Part shown: in pieces, positions 50,205-64,000 of the stretch
Layout: each line of letters starts with the position of its first letter
How positions within the stretch are numbered: position 1 is the stretch's first letter
Source: Tubulanus polymorphus
Lineage: Eukaryota > Animalia > Nemertea
DNA length: 64,000 nucleotides
Reading direction: 5' to 3'
NCBI RefSeq assembly: GCF_964204645.1
Contig: NC_134028.1
Span: forward strand, 7,626,001 to 7,690,000
Notes under the pieces: generated by a model
The model's input: the letters and a program-made list of their open reading frames with translations, nothing else
What the model was told of the DNA's origin: nothing
The model's database searches: none
Translations under genes and position numbers: made by a program

Positions 50205-52414
50205 GATTTCCGGCTAGCCGAATGAACAATATTTGACGGAATGCTGCAGAGGTCATTTCGCCGTGACGATAAACTAAGTATCTCTCTCTTCAGTGTTTCG
50301 CTCAATTTCATGTGTGAGTGAACATTACTGCAATTTAGTTGTCATCCGCCATCGGTTATGAAACGCATTTTGATTCATCGCTCGAGGGGCTGTCTCGTAA
50401 TGTCAGGATTAATTATGCGGCAGCGTTGGTTGCGCTCTTCACTGGCATCATCCCCTTTCGCTGCTCCTAGAAAAAAGCTCGCCGACCTCGTCTATTTTCA
50501 TGAATGCATTTTTTTCGAAGAAGGAAGTGAAAATTATTGCAGATCAAGAGTTCGCTTCTCAAGTTGGAATCAATATTCCGTAGTGAATTGAGTTAAAAAG
50601 TAATAGGAAATAAATCATGATTCATCAGTAATAATATGTCGATGATCCATCAAGAGAACAGTCTTCACAAATTTTGATTAATTCCATGTAATTGATGGAT
50701 GGCACTTTGTGTTAATGACGACCCTCCCACCCTGTTTCACTATGCTGTGTGTGCTGGGTTTGTAAGGGTTGTAAGGAACACTAAATCAGAACAAATTGAA
50801 TGAAATCTACCAAGAGATCAATGAAGTAGCTGTCCAGGGTGTTATAGGGGAAGGGGTATTGGTTTTCAGGCTTCCGTGAGACCCTTATTCTCATGTACTG
50901 TCTGCCTGTCTGTGGGTCTGTCTTTCAGCTTCATAAGTAGTTGGACGATCCTGATGAAACCTGGGTACTATATTAGTATGGGGGTCTAGTTAATGTGCAG
51001 TGCAAAGAATAGGCCAAATGCACCACCTAGCTGCAGAGCTAGGCACTAAGAGCTCTGTTTCTCAGCCTCATGACCTTGAAGATGACCTCACACCTGAGAA
51101 ACGGGGTCGAAATTTTAAAAATTGTCTTGACAAAATTTGGCTTTTTGCCCTAGATACAACATATCCAAAATGCAATGGGAACTAATGCGTGGTAACGTTC
51201 AGAGTTCAAGTGAGCCTGAGAACTGTTGTCACCTTGTGGCTCGTCACCATTTGCAGAAAGCTAATCCTTCATTTGCATCATGCTAAAAAAATACCAGCGG
51301 TGGCGGCAATATTACTGCATAAGTAACCTATTGCACAGTTATTGAGTTTCGTATTAGCTATCAGAGTGGATTATTACGTCGCGCTTATCAGAAATCAGTA
51401 AACCGATTAGTGAGACGAAGGGTTTATCAGTCAGTCGGTGTAGGGGTTTATCTTGCACCCGGTTCCCTTCTATTGCCATGCGCATGTGTGTGTTTGTCGT
51501 TTACGAATGATATCATCAGGAGAACACACCGCGCCGCGCTGCTACTACGCTGTCTGCACCATCGCTATGGTTACGGGAAGTGACAATTTCGTTCTCGCCG
51601 ACGACGAATCCTCCGAGTGAAAACCTCGGGAAATGTTCGAAAATAAAAACGTAGAATACGACGAAATCTGAACCGGTCGGGGGGCGACATCAACTCGGCA
51701 TCCTGGGTGCAGCATGTTCGGCGATGGTATGTATCGTTAAATGTCGTGTGTCGTCGCGCCAACATTTTGGTACGGGCGCAAATGTATTTATGCGAGTTGT
51801 CGATATGTATTTCGTGTCATCGCGCGCCATGTTGGCGTAGTCATGCTTTGCCGGATGGTAATCCACTAAGCTTATCATAGACTCATAAGCTGCAAAGTTC
51901 ATCCCGCGTTGATTGATCGAGAATTCAGTCGGGCAGCTTCGATTCGAAAAACTAATTTTACTGACTGAAACATTGAAATGATCGTGTCCCAGTTAGGCAT
52001 TGTTATCGTGGCTTATCGTGTTTAGAATGTCCACGTTGTGCTTTTATGAACATTTGTAAATCGCGAAAAAATTCATCCATTCGCGATCATGCGATCATAG
52101 GTTGGACGATCATCCATTTTGGAAACGGTATAATATTTTATGTTGATGATCGTGCGCATATATCTCTTTATTGGTGATCGGTTATTGATTCATATCGACC
52201 TGGCCTCAATGATCAATAGAGACTCTGTGTCTATCATCTCTCACTGAACTCGACCTTTCATCTTTATTCTAAGGACATGAGCCGCGATAACACGGAGATG
52301 AGGATCGGGCCCGGGTCAAATTCGGCCTTTGCCTAATCCTAATAGAGAGCGAGTTCACACGTAAACCATTGGCCCAGACCGAAAATGCTTGCTATAGTTG
52401 CACAGTTGTGGATC

Positions 52415-52906
52415 TGGGGCAGGTTCCATAGCCATGGATTAGACTTAAGATCTTTTTAAGACCGCCTTAGTTCTGTAGCTAATCTAACAACTTTAAGATC
52501 AGTTTTAACATTTGAGACCACTTCTGGAATAATGTCTTGAACTTGCACCAGGGCCCAGTTGCACAGTGGTGACTTAAGTCCAGAAGTAGTCTTAAATCTT
52601 AAGACGGATCTTAAGATCGGCCATCAAACTAAGTTAGTCCTAGACTGGTCTTAAATCTAATGCCATGACTGTACAACTGGCCCCTGGTGCCGAAATGACT
52701 CAAGTCTTTTAGTCATGATTAAACCGTGGACTCTGAAATGGTCACGGGTTCCATGGTAACGCTAATGAGTCAATTTTCGATGTTCAATCCTGGAAGCAAG
52801 TCTTGAATGGGGTGACAATGAATTCATCCTTAAGCAGGCAGTTACCTCCCTGGGGCCGGTTGCATAATCATGGCTTAGACATAAGACCAGTCTGTGCAAC
52901 TGGCCC
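52415..52906. mobile_element. Cluster of three Harbinger-like MITEs
   Basis: Example: CTG|GGGCCGGTTGCA...TGCAACTGGCCC|CTG at 52853-52906 (3-bp CWG TSD); siblings at about 52415-52525 and 52552-52683. Confidence 0.65.
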
Positions 52907-54189
52907 CTGGTCATATTTAGACCATCATGTGAAGCTAAATTTTGCTGAAATTTGTTAAGCAGGAGGAACCAAATCATTTCGACACTAAAATATCATATTG
53001 TACTTGGTGAAGATAAAACATATGAATGTGTCACTGTTGGTCTTCTTTTGATAGTATATTCTGTACCTTCATAATTTTGTAATTTCAGTGAGAACTGACA
53101 GATTTTGCACAGTGTTGTCATGTAATATTATCAGTTATATTTACAGAATAATCTATTGAAGTAGAATTGTCTGGATTAAGGCAAGGGACAGTCATTCGTC
53201 GAATTGTAGGTCATTATTAGGTTATGTGCAGTTTACTAAGTACATGGAATTCCCCTCAAGCTGACCATCTGTCTGTGTTTCATTTCAAGAGTCTAGACCC
53301 TACAAATATATCCCGCAATATTTATTGCCAAGTGCAAGTACATAAGAGGTTGTTTCATTGTTCCCTAAGAATGGAATTCTTTAAACAGGACATGGGGGAA
53401 ATGTTCAATATTTACACACAGGTTCAGGGCAAATATGAGGAAGTCTTTCGTATGTTAAGGAAATAAGTGAATTGCAAATTGAACATTATTAAGATATGCT
53501 AAGTTCACTACAAATCTCAAGTAAAATTTGTTTCTTCTCCCGGCAGACATGAATTCCATTCCGTCACTCACGTAAAGGACCAACTCCCTGTATTTAGTCA
53601 CGTTCTGAATTCAGTTAATCGGTGACATTTTCGGAAAATCCCGTCCATTCACAACATTTGACTTTGCCACTAATCTGCGCAAAGTAAACAAACCAATACT
53701 AATATGTCAACAATGGCCATTATAGGGGTAGTACCACCGACTCATTTGCACAGTCATATAGTTCATAATTTGCGTTATTTCTAAACTGAAAACTCAGATC
53801 ATTAAATAGTGAGGTACTAGAATGCGTTACGCAACGGCAATTTGCATAGAAAATCTAATTGCGATTGACTGTTAATGAGATAGCATGTATATAGTAGTAT
53901 TAATGTATTAGGCCTACATGTCGTATTCAGAGCCGTGTATATATATATAGAGGGTAACATATTGTCAACACGACACGAGAGACACACGACGTTAGTATTG
54001 ATCGACGCTCCACCACGACTCGACTCGCCCGGCTCGCTCGTACACACTGTCAGAGCCGCGCTTAACTAGTGAGAGACGACGGTGTCACAACGGTATACGC
54101 CCCTTCAACCTTCGAAACCGGGCCGCGATTTCTAAATCTGGATTATCCGCGTTAGATTTTTCGGGATATTCACGCGACGCACGAGCACC

Positions 54190-54198
54190 ATGTCTGGG
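54190..54198 (+). CDS. Candidate ankyrin alternative first exon 9 (MSG)
   Basis: gcaccATG Kozak context, 3 codons, phase-0 donor GGG|gtacgt, inside a CpG-rich stretch (about 53960-54350). Confidence 0.5.
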
Positions 54199-57100
54199 GT
54201 ACGTACGTAGAATCTGTCTTTCAGTCGGAATCGCGTAGTATTATGTCCGCGTTTGAAAAACACGGACGGAGCTGCCTCTCTCGACTCGCGCAGTACGGCA
54301 GACATTTTATATCGACTGAGCCCTGGCATCGACGCGCACACGTCACCTGCATTTATACCGGTAGCTGAAATAATATTTCACTCTCTCTAGAGAAATGTGG
54401 GCTGCATTTTATCATTGCCAGCGCGCCCGGATTCTATAAATCTGAACAAAAGTGCAAATTGTTATTGTAGATATGCAAATCTATATGCGCACGTAGTGAA
54501 TAAATCCATATGCATACTTAGTGCATACTAGGCATAGAACATGTTGTTAATTATTAATTCATCCTGTTTGAGGTGTGGTATTTCTAAAGTTGATTTATCT
54601 ATTACATATTATTACATTTAGGGCACAAATTTTTTAAATCAATAGTATATTATATAGTATAGGATATTTCATCGAACAACATTTATTACCTAATGTTAAT
54701 ATACAGCATTTTTTTCATGAGCTATTTCGTACTATGTGCTGAATGAATAGTAGTTCAAATAAGGGTTTGTTTTAGTAGGTTATAATACAAAGGGGATGGG
54801 CAGTGTAGGAGTAAGGTTTTGATGTGGGTAGGGTTGAATTTTAAGGTCCCTGTGAGCGAGAGTTAAGGTACATCATAGATTATATATATGACTCATATGC
54901 AGCCTCAAAATTAACTTGTTTTCATATTACATGAAATTTGTAATTAAATCTTTGGCTTATACGTTGTGAGCATCTGAAGCCACAAATGCATCATAGAACT
55001 GTATTTTGATGCAAGTTGTCGACAAGAATTGAGAATTTCTGCTATTTTTGCAAATAGTCTCAATATATCTCAAGCTATAGTTCATCGCCGGCCTCCGTAC
55101 TTATTCAATTGATTAGACCCACATCATCTTCAACAAAGGAAACAAATCAATTAAATCATCCCCACCCTTTCATACTACGTCTGAACATCTCACATGTTTC
55201 TATGCGCAGACAAAACGAAGACATCGCAATCGATTAGATATAGACATGGAACATCTATGAAAGCTATTTCCAATTGCTTTTTTGTTGTAACTTATAAAAC
55301 GAATGCAGTTGAAGAGAACACTCAAGAAAATCCAAAACCAATTCTATTGAACTTGACTTCCTGTCTAGTAAAAGAAATTTTATACTTCAGGGCAAAAATT
55401 CTATTCAGAGTGGAAATTTTTTACGAACAGTGGAATATTCTGTCAAAGTAGTCCTATCCATGGGTCAGTCTTAATGCATCTTTTAGGAATAGAATATATT
55501 GGTTTCGTTGGGCCTGTTCCGTACGGATTTCATGTTCCATTTGCTAGATGTCTGCATCTCGAAACTGTAGATATGACTACCACTGATTCTCTGATTCGAG
55601 ATCCATGATCTCGAAGACTGACCACAGCTTCGAATCCAGACATTGAATAGCATTAAGTCAGACTTGTATCGACAGAAACACGTCGGCCGGAGTTTTGGGT
55701 ATTCATGGTCGCCGAGGTCTGCATTCCGGGTAGTATCAGTGCTCGCCCAAGCTTTCTATATTTGCATTCATTAATAGAAAAAAGCTGATTAATAATTCAT
55801 TCCCCTGCTTCTCTTTCTCCCTGCGTCATGTACCGAGTCGACCGATTCGTGCACAGAAAGATGTATTATTGATTCACCATCCTGTAGCAGACCATCGACG
55901 GCTATATGCGTAGACAAACTGTCTAGAATACGAACATTCGATGGTGAATCTCGGAATCTATTTATTTTCACTCAATTTCGACTACTCAAAGATACACGCC
56001 GTCCAAAACCATTTTATTGACAAACATGTAGGCAGAGACTGAACCTACTGCGCAGCCACATGTAGACTTAAACCTGTAATAATATCTATGCTGTTTTCAT
56101 AGCTTGCTGTTGTTTTACGAAGCAAAGTGTGCTTCATTTTTGTATGCGTCGTTCTTTTTATTTCTATCGCTGCGAATGCATAATCTAGGCCGTATACTCT
56201 TATTCAATAAAGAGTTAATTGAATTGATGAGTAAACCTCGTATTTGATTACTTTGCCATCGTACGATTTCGACGTAGCCCGCCACATTCCGCGACGATGA
56301 AAATACAATTTTATGGTCGCAATTTATACAACGGTACTATAGCGTGAAGACTTCATCATACACATTTACGTATAACTTCAACAATCCGAAATTCCTCAAA
56401 TATAATCGAGATGAAGTACGTGATTTCGTTGAACACCTATTCAACTGTTATGGGTTGAAGTTGGGTATTTTGAAGGAATATATTCTCTTTGAGTTGTTTT
56501 CCTAATGGACAGATGTAGAGACGATGTGACGATTATCTGTATAGCAGTCGAATCATTATTGATTAGTGGACATTGACGTGATACAAACAGCCATTCATCG
56601 TGCTCACACCGCAGGAGGTTGGAGGCGATGAGAGACGAGGACCTTTACTGTAATATAGAGAATAGGTCTACGTTTTTACCCTTTTTTCAAACGGAATCTG
56701 AGTCACTGGATCCATGTTGTAAATACCGCGGTGAATCACGCATTACCGAGTAAAACGACTCGAGGGTTGATGCCAGTGCAGAAACACTTGACAAAATGAG
56801 AAACTCGAAATCGACCGAAGCGTAGCGTTTATTTCTATACAACTAATAGCAGTTCATCGACCTTCTCATCGGTATTAGTATCATCGGTCTCATTATCACC
56901 GGATATTGTCCTGTCCTCGCTACTCAGCTATTTCAGTTATTTTCAGTTGGAACACGGTAGTTATGGCAGTGGCAGATGTTACAGTATTTAACAGATTCCT
57001 AGGCATTGGTTCAATGTGAAATGGATATATGCTATGGATGTCAATATATCCGGGGTCTACCGGTATTAATGAACTACATCGTGGCCTATAAAACGTTATA

Positions 57101-60100
57101 TAGTCCATAACTACATTGAAAGATGATTTGGAAAACTTTTTTTTCCTTACTGACTAGTAACAGAAAAAATGTTGAGTTTGATCTAACTCAAAACTGTAGA
57201 AGTGGGTCCTGTTATGTTTCATTTCGAGCTATTTAGTCTGAATAATGTGGATGGTCCATTTTTAAACTGAGCCCTCTAATCACTCGAAGCCAGTCATAGA
57301 ATTAAGATCGAGTTTTTTAATGGAGATAGATTTAAAACCAGTCTTTTCAATAATTTTGATTAGATGGGTTCTGTAGAACTATCCTAGGACTAAGATGTGA
57401 GTTAGATTCGAATGACAAGATAACTACCTTGAGAGTTGATTGACACCTTGAAAAATAACACATATCACGTGATATTATTGATAAAAGATAATATAATATA
57501 AATTATATGATATTAAGAATCGATAATGTTATTTTGGATTTGAATATATCGATAGTCTAATATTGACTGATAACCTGTCTAGCTCCGATATATTGATGAT
57601 ATGACGTAGTGCATACCCTCTCGAAAATAATCATTAAGATTTATCAAAAATGAAATAAGAGTTATGAAATATATTTGATTACAGAATAAATGCCAAAATT
57701 CACAATTGTAATTGTTATTTTGAAATGCCTATATTGATGACATAGCGCATATCGACTCATGCAGAGCCTCTTAATATCGCATACTAGGTATCAATTAATA
57801 GCAGCTTTTACGGGGTCTAAAGATTAGTTTCATCAAATTGGAATCGAATCTCAGATTACAAGGGATTTCAGTCTCGTTCGTTCACCTTGGCTTTTTACCT
57901 ATGAATTTCAACGGTTAAAAGACTCGCAACAACAATTTACATTTGACATGAATACCTATCCACACGCGTCTGCGTTCAAAGCATATGAATGAAAATCAGA
58001 CGCTTGTATTTTTCAAAGAAAAACTATGGCTAAATCGCTTGTATTCACAAACTTGAAACGTGTCGGTTCATGTTGGTGTGTTCATAGTGTCTTTTATGGT
58101 TCGGCTATAATTCAATATTCGTTTCTGTATACTTCGTATGATTTCGTGTAACTGATTTATCTTATCGAAGTAAATAGAATTTTTCAAGAGGAATCTATTT
58201 GACTAATATAATCGCTTAAGATTTAACCTGAATTCGTTGAATTCCTGCTCTCAGTCGTTTGTGTATATGTCAAACATTACTTTTTCTTATGATATTCATA
58301 ACTGTTCGTTGTACAGCTTGGATTGATTACTTTTATGAGATAATGCACGACTGGAAAATTGAGTATGGATGATATTTGGAAAGTGTAATGAGGTTTATTA
58401 CTAAGAGCCTCGGTCTAAGGCTGAACTTATTGCCACAATATTGCAAGGAGACAATTTTGCCCGGGTCAGATCTGGGTCAAATTTGGGCCGTGCCTTATTA
58501 GAGCGGGCCTAAACCAGTCTATATACTAAACAATGCTGTGAACAGCAAGTTGCTTTCCAGCCATGAGCAATCATACACTATGATTGGAACAGTGCCACGG
58601 GCCCGATCTGATGCTTTTGGTCAGGCCACATATCAAACACGCACAGACTCATTTGGCCCTAATAGTGCGAATGGTTGGCCCGGGCCTAATCTGGCACAGG
58701 CCACATTTGTGCTGGATCAAAATGCTTGTTCGCGGCTTAGATCTTAGGATTTTAAGATTGCAGCTTGACCCCAACTTGCAGACATTCAAATCTGATCACC
58801 ACAGATTTTCGCCTATTTCTAGGATCTTCCCCTAAACGTTTTCATTTAATCTGTATTAAATTCGTATACAACCATACATTAGTCTATGATACATTATATC
58901 GGCATTTAAGATAATAAACTACAGCAGAAAATAACCCTGACAATGGCTTTAGTTTTTCTCGGATGATTTATATTATTTTGGATGTTCAATATGGGATCTG
59001 GCAGTTAAAAAAAGTATTTTCAACAATTCCTCTAGCTACGCGATAATACCGCTGAGACCATGAATAAATGGATTTATTAACTATCTCTGGTGGGTTTTGC
59101 CGTCTGCGTCCAATTTCTGTTGTCAAATCTCCGCAGGATTACGTGAAAGTGTTTGATCAGTATGAATCACATCCGATCTCAATCAATGCCGTATAAAGTC
59201 CACTGTCTGTATCGGTGGTATCGTTCTTCTTATCAACATCATTTGCATCTCTCTGACTCAAACCCGGTTACTGGGAGAGCACTTGCTGTATGATAGAGGG
59301 TTTCCAGCCCGTGCTAGCTGACGCTACCCAGACAAGAAACCTTGACATTACATCAACTCACTTTTCGGGTAGCACTCTTTTGGGACATATTTGACTCTTT
59401 AAGTCGAGATTCTTCTCCCATTTCTGAAACCTATGATACTGTAGAACTAGCTCCGGATTTTCATAGCTTCAACTGATTGATAAAATCTTCCGTTGTTCGT
59501 CGTTCCCTTTCGTCTGGATGCTTTATTTTCATAGAATCCGACATCGAAGTCTTGGATGAAAAGAAGGACTTTATGAAGTGTTTTTTTCTAATTAAGCGGT
59601 AATTCTGAGCGTAGGAGTTGACTAACACATATACGTATGTACTTGTATACAGAGCCGTGTTATTCTTGGAATAGAAAAGTGCGTTTCTTTAGATAATAAC
59701 ATTACCGGGAGTTATCGATAGATGCGGAATATTCTAGGCATGTTTCATCTTTGAAAGAGACTCGGCTGACTCTCTCGCTCCCTCAGTTTGTGCGAGGGTT
59801 CTGCTGAACCACTGCTGGTGTCTGTAGGAGAGCATGTGTCTGTGTAGTGGAATATATTTCTATAAATAATGAAGGTTTGTCTCGCAATAATTACATGATT
59901 TATTCATACGGAGCTATTCGGATCGATCAGATTCATTGATGTTATATTTGTCGACGGGGATGTTCGCTTTACTAGTGTCAAAACGCGTCAATCATTTTAA
60001 TTTTATGAAATTCAATATTTCGAAATGAAATCCTGCTTTCTGACTAATAACAATAGTCTTTTCTATATGAATATACTTGTTTTAGTCTAATCTGAGTTAT

Positions 60101-61296
60101 CTGATGAAATCGATTTTAGAAAGATAGTTTCTTGATATATTTGGATTACATCTTTACTAGAATTGTATATAAATTCATGCGGGATGGTTTTCTTATATTC
60201 TGGAATTCAGAGATCAATGATCCATGTTGCAGCCGTTATCACCTTAGAATTGTTAGATCTGAATTTTAGCTAGAACGATATTTATTGTTTTTAAAAGATC
60301 ACTCATTGAAATCGGCGATTGCAAAACTGCGAATTTACTGTCTTAATCTTAGTATTGAAAAGGAAGGAGACATGATGTCGCTTAATCCGTATCTACCCTC
60401 ACTTTAAAGTTATTGATGACGAAATTTATTTTCGTCTATACTGCAAACTTCGAGATAATCTAGGAATTGAATATAACATAAAAATTAAAAACATGTAAAT
60501 TTAAACCGAGGTACTTTTCATTCGTCCTTCAATGATCCTAACAAACCAATTTAGCTTGAATATCGCGAAATTTATACATCATCTTGTCAATATCATGTAA
60601 AGAATATTGTATGTATATATCTGTCATTTTATAGATATATTGTTTCTCTTTTTCCTTTATTGTTTTAATGTTGATCCTTATTTTTATTCACAATCGTGTA
60701 CTTTTGATTTACGATAGAATGAATTTGAATTTGTTAGGATACCAATTGTATACGCATTATTCTATTTCAATGGGTAGTTCAGACGAGTATAGATTATATT
60801 TCACCGTGAGATTTTTTAACTGGTTTGACTGAATTTACAACAATTGGAAGTGGATCCTTACATATTTTCGAGAGTGTGCGCAAACAATCGCATTTCAGTT
60901 TAAAAAAAAGTTTGTCTAATGGTTCTGTGGGTTGAGTTGAGCGAATAAAAATTTAATGATTTTTGCCGTTTGAACTCTCGGGTGAGGCAAATGCAAATCC
61001 ACATTTTTTATCTCAACAGTTTTCAGTCACGATTTGACTTCGAGAATTGAAAAAGTCTACATTTCCTCTTTTCAGTTCTGGTGTCAGAATTTGACACAGA
61101 ACTGTTCAACTGAAGTCTAAAAGTTCTCATAAAGTTTTTTGTTAAATGATGGAGTTTATATAAACTCTGAAACTGTCAGACAATAAACGTTTTAATAACA
61201 ACTGTGTGGGTTTTTACTTGTTAACTCTAAATAATGAATCTAATATCAGTCAATCCATCAATATATTCACGCAATGTGCTGTTTGATATTTTACAG

Positions 61297-61398
61297 AGTG
61301 ATGGAAACGCTAGTTTTCTTCGAGCGGCCCGGGCTGGCAATCTTGATAAAGTATTGGAATACCTGAAAGGAAGCACAGACATAAACACAAGCAACGCG
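61297..61398 (+). CDS. ANK2: Ankyrin (Ank2/UNC-44 type), first common exon (first ANK repeat); the gene continues beyond the window
   Basis: ttttacag|[34 protein letters not shown]|gtaagt; a 102-nt phase 0-0 exon nearly identical to the equivalent exon of ankyrin-B ([34 protein letters not shown], recalled). The paralog number is nominal for an invertebrate. Confidence 0.93.
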
Positions 61399-62470
61399 GT
61401 AAGTCTCGCAAATAAAACGGGGGTATTTTCGCCCCAGCATCCATTTACCCGAGCATGCATCTCCGGGTGTTATATCGCTGATTCCGTTGTATACCTGTTG
61501 AAATTTACCCCCATCCGCCAGAAGAAACTGGATAATGTATACGCATGTTTTGATATATTACGTACGAACAATTCTGCTACAAACAAATATTATCAAGACC
61601 GTTATTCCCCTTAACAGAATATATATCTCTCGAATATTATTTTCATTATTTCATGTTCTTGGTGAACAGCCAATGTTCTGATAATCGGGATTTGTTACCC
61701 GGTACTATTTTGAGATTTTTGAATTTTGAGAAATACTGATTCGATCTATTTTGAGAAATACTGATTTGATTGTTTGATTAGCTGTACCCGGTATTCAGAA
61801 ATAAGAACAGTGTTATTGAGGACATTACTCATAGCATCTTGATTATTGAGCATTGTCTGACATATTTCTGTTGAAATGTTTCTGAAAATGTTCCACTTAT
61901 CGCCGATGTTGGCAGCCTTGATAACGTCAAACTCTCGGAAGTAATATTTGCGCTCCATGCCGTTATCTGAGTGGTATTTGTTCATTAAGTCATGACTACA
62001 TCAAAGATTTTTCGATGATAATAATCGCTGCCCGATTCCGTAAAAATATTGCAAAAGTGAATCGATAGATAGTTAGGCGCCTACATTCCTCGTTGTCTGA
62101 CCTTCAGAAGGAAATACCACAATTTTACCTGATTACCGTACTGAATAGATAACGCACATACGATAATTATCATAGGTAAACCATGTGTATCGTATCAGGT
62201 TTCATGTGGTTTATGGTCAAATCATGTTCAGTTTCGAGTTAAGGCCCAATATGCCTGATGACTTATTTACCACCATAAACAATAAGGTATATATCTGACT
62301 CAAATTTGGATTGATAGAATGAAGTAGTGGGACAACATGGATAGACATTTTCATCTACTCTCTATCTAATCTTAAGATAAATTCGTACAATATATCTTTT
62401 TGGTGTTGCTATGATTGTCAGGTTACGAGGCGACAGATGCCGATGCTACTAAGAGGAAATGCCATCGTAG

Positions 62471-62757
62471 CCCAGCTTATGTCGGCTGCGCTGGATTCCC
62501 AGCAACTAGCGGGATATGATCTCCCACCAGTTGCTTCCTTGTCTTCGTCAGCTACAATCATGTGACATGGTGACATGGGCAACTAGCGATATACGGCTTG
62601 TGACAAGTTGGTATACATCGGGTTGCGCTGTAAGCAGGCTCATATTGGGCGGATATGATGGCCACTAGTGGCATGCTGTTTGCCGGTAGTTCCCGCTAGT
62701 TGTTGATAACCCCAGTTGCGTCAGTATCCATTGCCTGATAGCTCGACATAAGCTAGC
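62471..62757. mobile_element. Degenerate inverted-repeat element
   Basis: Inverted pairs AGCTTATGTCG/CGACATAAGCT and CAACTAGCGGGA/TCCCGCTAGTTG. Confidence 0.5.
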
Positions 62758-64000
62758 CTCTTCATGAATAATAGTAGTATTTATCTGTCTCATAAACTGA
62801 CAAATTTTCAAGAACTCTATCTGCGATAGAATGTAGAAGAATATCAGCATTTGTTGTGGCGCTTAGCGGTCATTATCTAAAAGCCGGATGTTGGAATATC
62901 TGTTTATATTCTAGTATTATCCTAGCTTTTATCGTTGTTAAATATACTTTTTCCCCGAGGAATGAAACTGAACATGCCCTCGTATGAAAAGACGGAACCT
63001 AATTATCATTGAAAAAAACACGATTTGGGATTAATGACTGTATATCCTGTTGAAGCTCGAGTGCATTCAATTGTTAATACATGTATTATTCTCTTGTTTA
63101 TGATTGAGTGGATGAATTAGTAATTCTCTAGTTTAGTGGCCTAGGACTCGCTACCATAGCGATGTATCAAATCATACCACCCGGACTACCAGTGATGCAA
63201 ACTATATATGCTGATGTATGGGTATAGGTTTCAAGCCCTAGAAACTAACGGATGTTCTGGGAATACCTGGCCACATTTACACTATTCAAAATGGTCTAAA
63301 TTTGGTCCATACCAATTTACAACGGACCAGGTGTTCACACTAGGGAAAAGTCCATTCAAAAAATCGGTCCGTTCCATTTTAAACTGGACCGATTAAAACC
63401 GATCCAGCCCGTTCTAAAGTTTTGAACGGACAAATTCTGGGTGTGTAGACAGAAACTGGTGTCGGGTCCGTTCTGAATCTATGTAATGTATTCATTGCAA
63501 ATCAAAGCTTTATCGCATTCACCAAAGAATCTCGAAACCAGACGGAGGAATATTCTTGTAGTTGGTTTGTATTGTCGTAGAAGAAATGGCAGAGCAATCA
63601 CATGAGAAAGTAGATAACTCCTGTAGAGTACAATCGAAAAGGGCCATGAATTTATCTGAGACAAATTTGCACGCATGCCATCTCCTCCGATATGAGACCC
63701 GAATGTGTCACTACCTAATCCACTATTACTATCTATTTAACGTGACCTAGAATTCAAATTCAGTTTGATATTGCTAGTTTTGATATTGACAGGGCATTAC
63801 TATTACTATTACCAACATGTATCGTGTACCTAAATATTCAGGGGTTAAGTAAACTGTGTTAGTGGGTTAATTTACATCTCTCTCAACAAGTACATAGTGT
63901 TCAGGTAAAATGCCGGTTTAGTTGGTTTAGTTCGTCCTTGATACTCCTGGTCGAGGAGGGCTAGTTAACATGAACATTTAGTATAAAAATACCGTGCTCT

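Noticed and set aside
2663-61398. Functional link between ZDHHC4 and the Cys-rich ankyrin leaders
   Set aside because: Gene proximity in animals rarely implies an enzyme-substrate pair, and ankyrin-G is acylated by DHHC5/8 rather than DHHC4.

Overview
AT-rich, intron-containing eukaryotic DNA from an invertebrate animal (lophotrochozoan-like by impression; species cannot be determined here). The ORF track is mostly noise, so genes were rebuilt by hand from GT-AG splice sites and reading-frame phase. Left 17 kb: three secreted phospholipase A2 paralogs (one on - at the left edge, two tandem on +) surround a 5-exon ZDHHC4 palmitoyltransferase, followed by a 7-exon IQCK on -. The remaining ~46 kb is the 5' region of an ankyrin gene (Ank2/UNC-44 type); only the first common coding exon (61297-61398) lies in the window. 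Upstream of it are at least nine short candidate alternative first exons (ATG to phase-0 donor), including two Cys-rich leaders (MSCKCCSCCTCG..., MSCEC...), while the common exon has Ser at the position of the palmitoylated Cys70 of ankyrin-G. Introns carry many MITEs, minisatellites, a tRNA-derived element and a Penelope-like insertion with a minimal hammerhead ribozyme. All gene models are manual predictions without transcript evidence.
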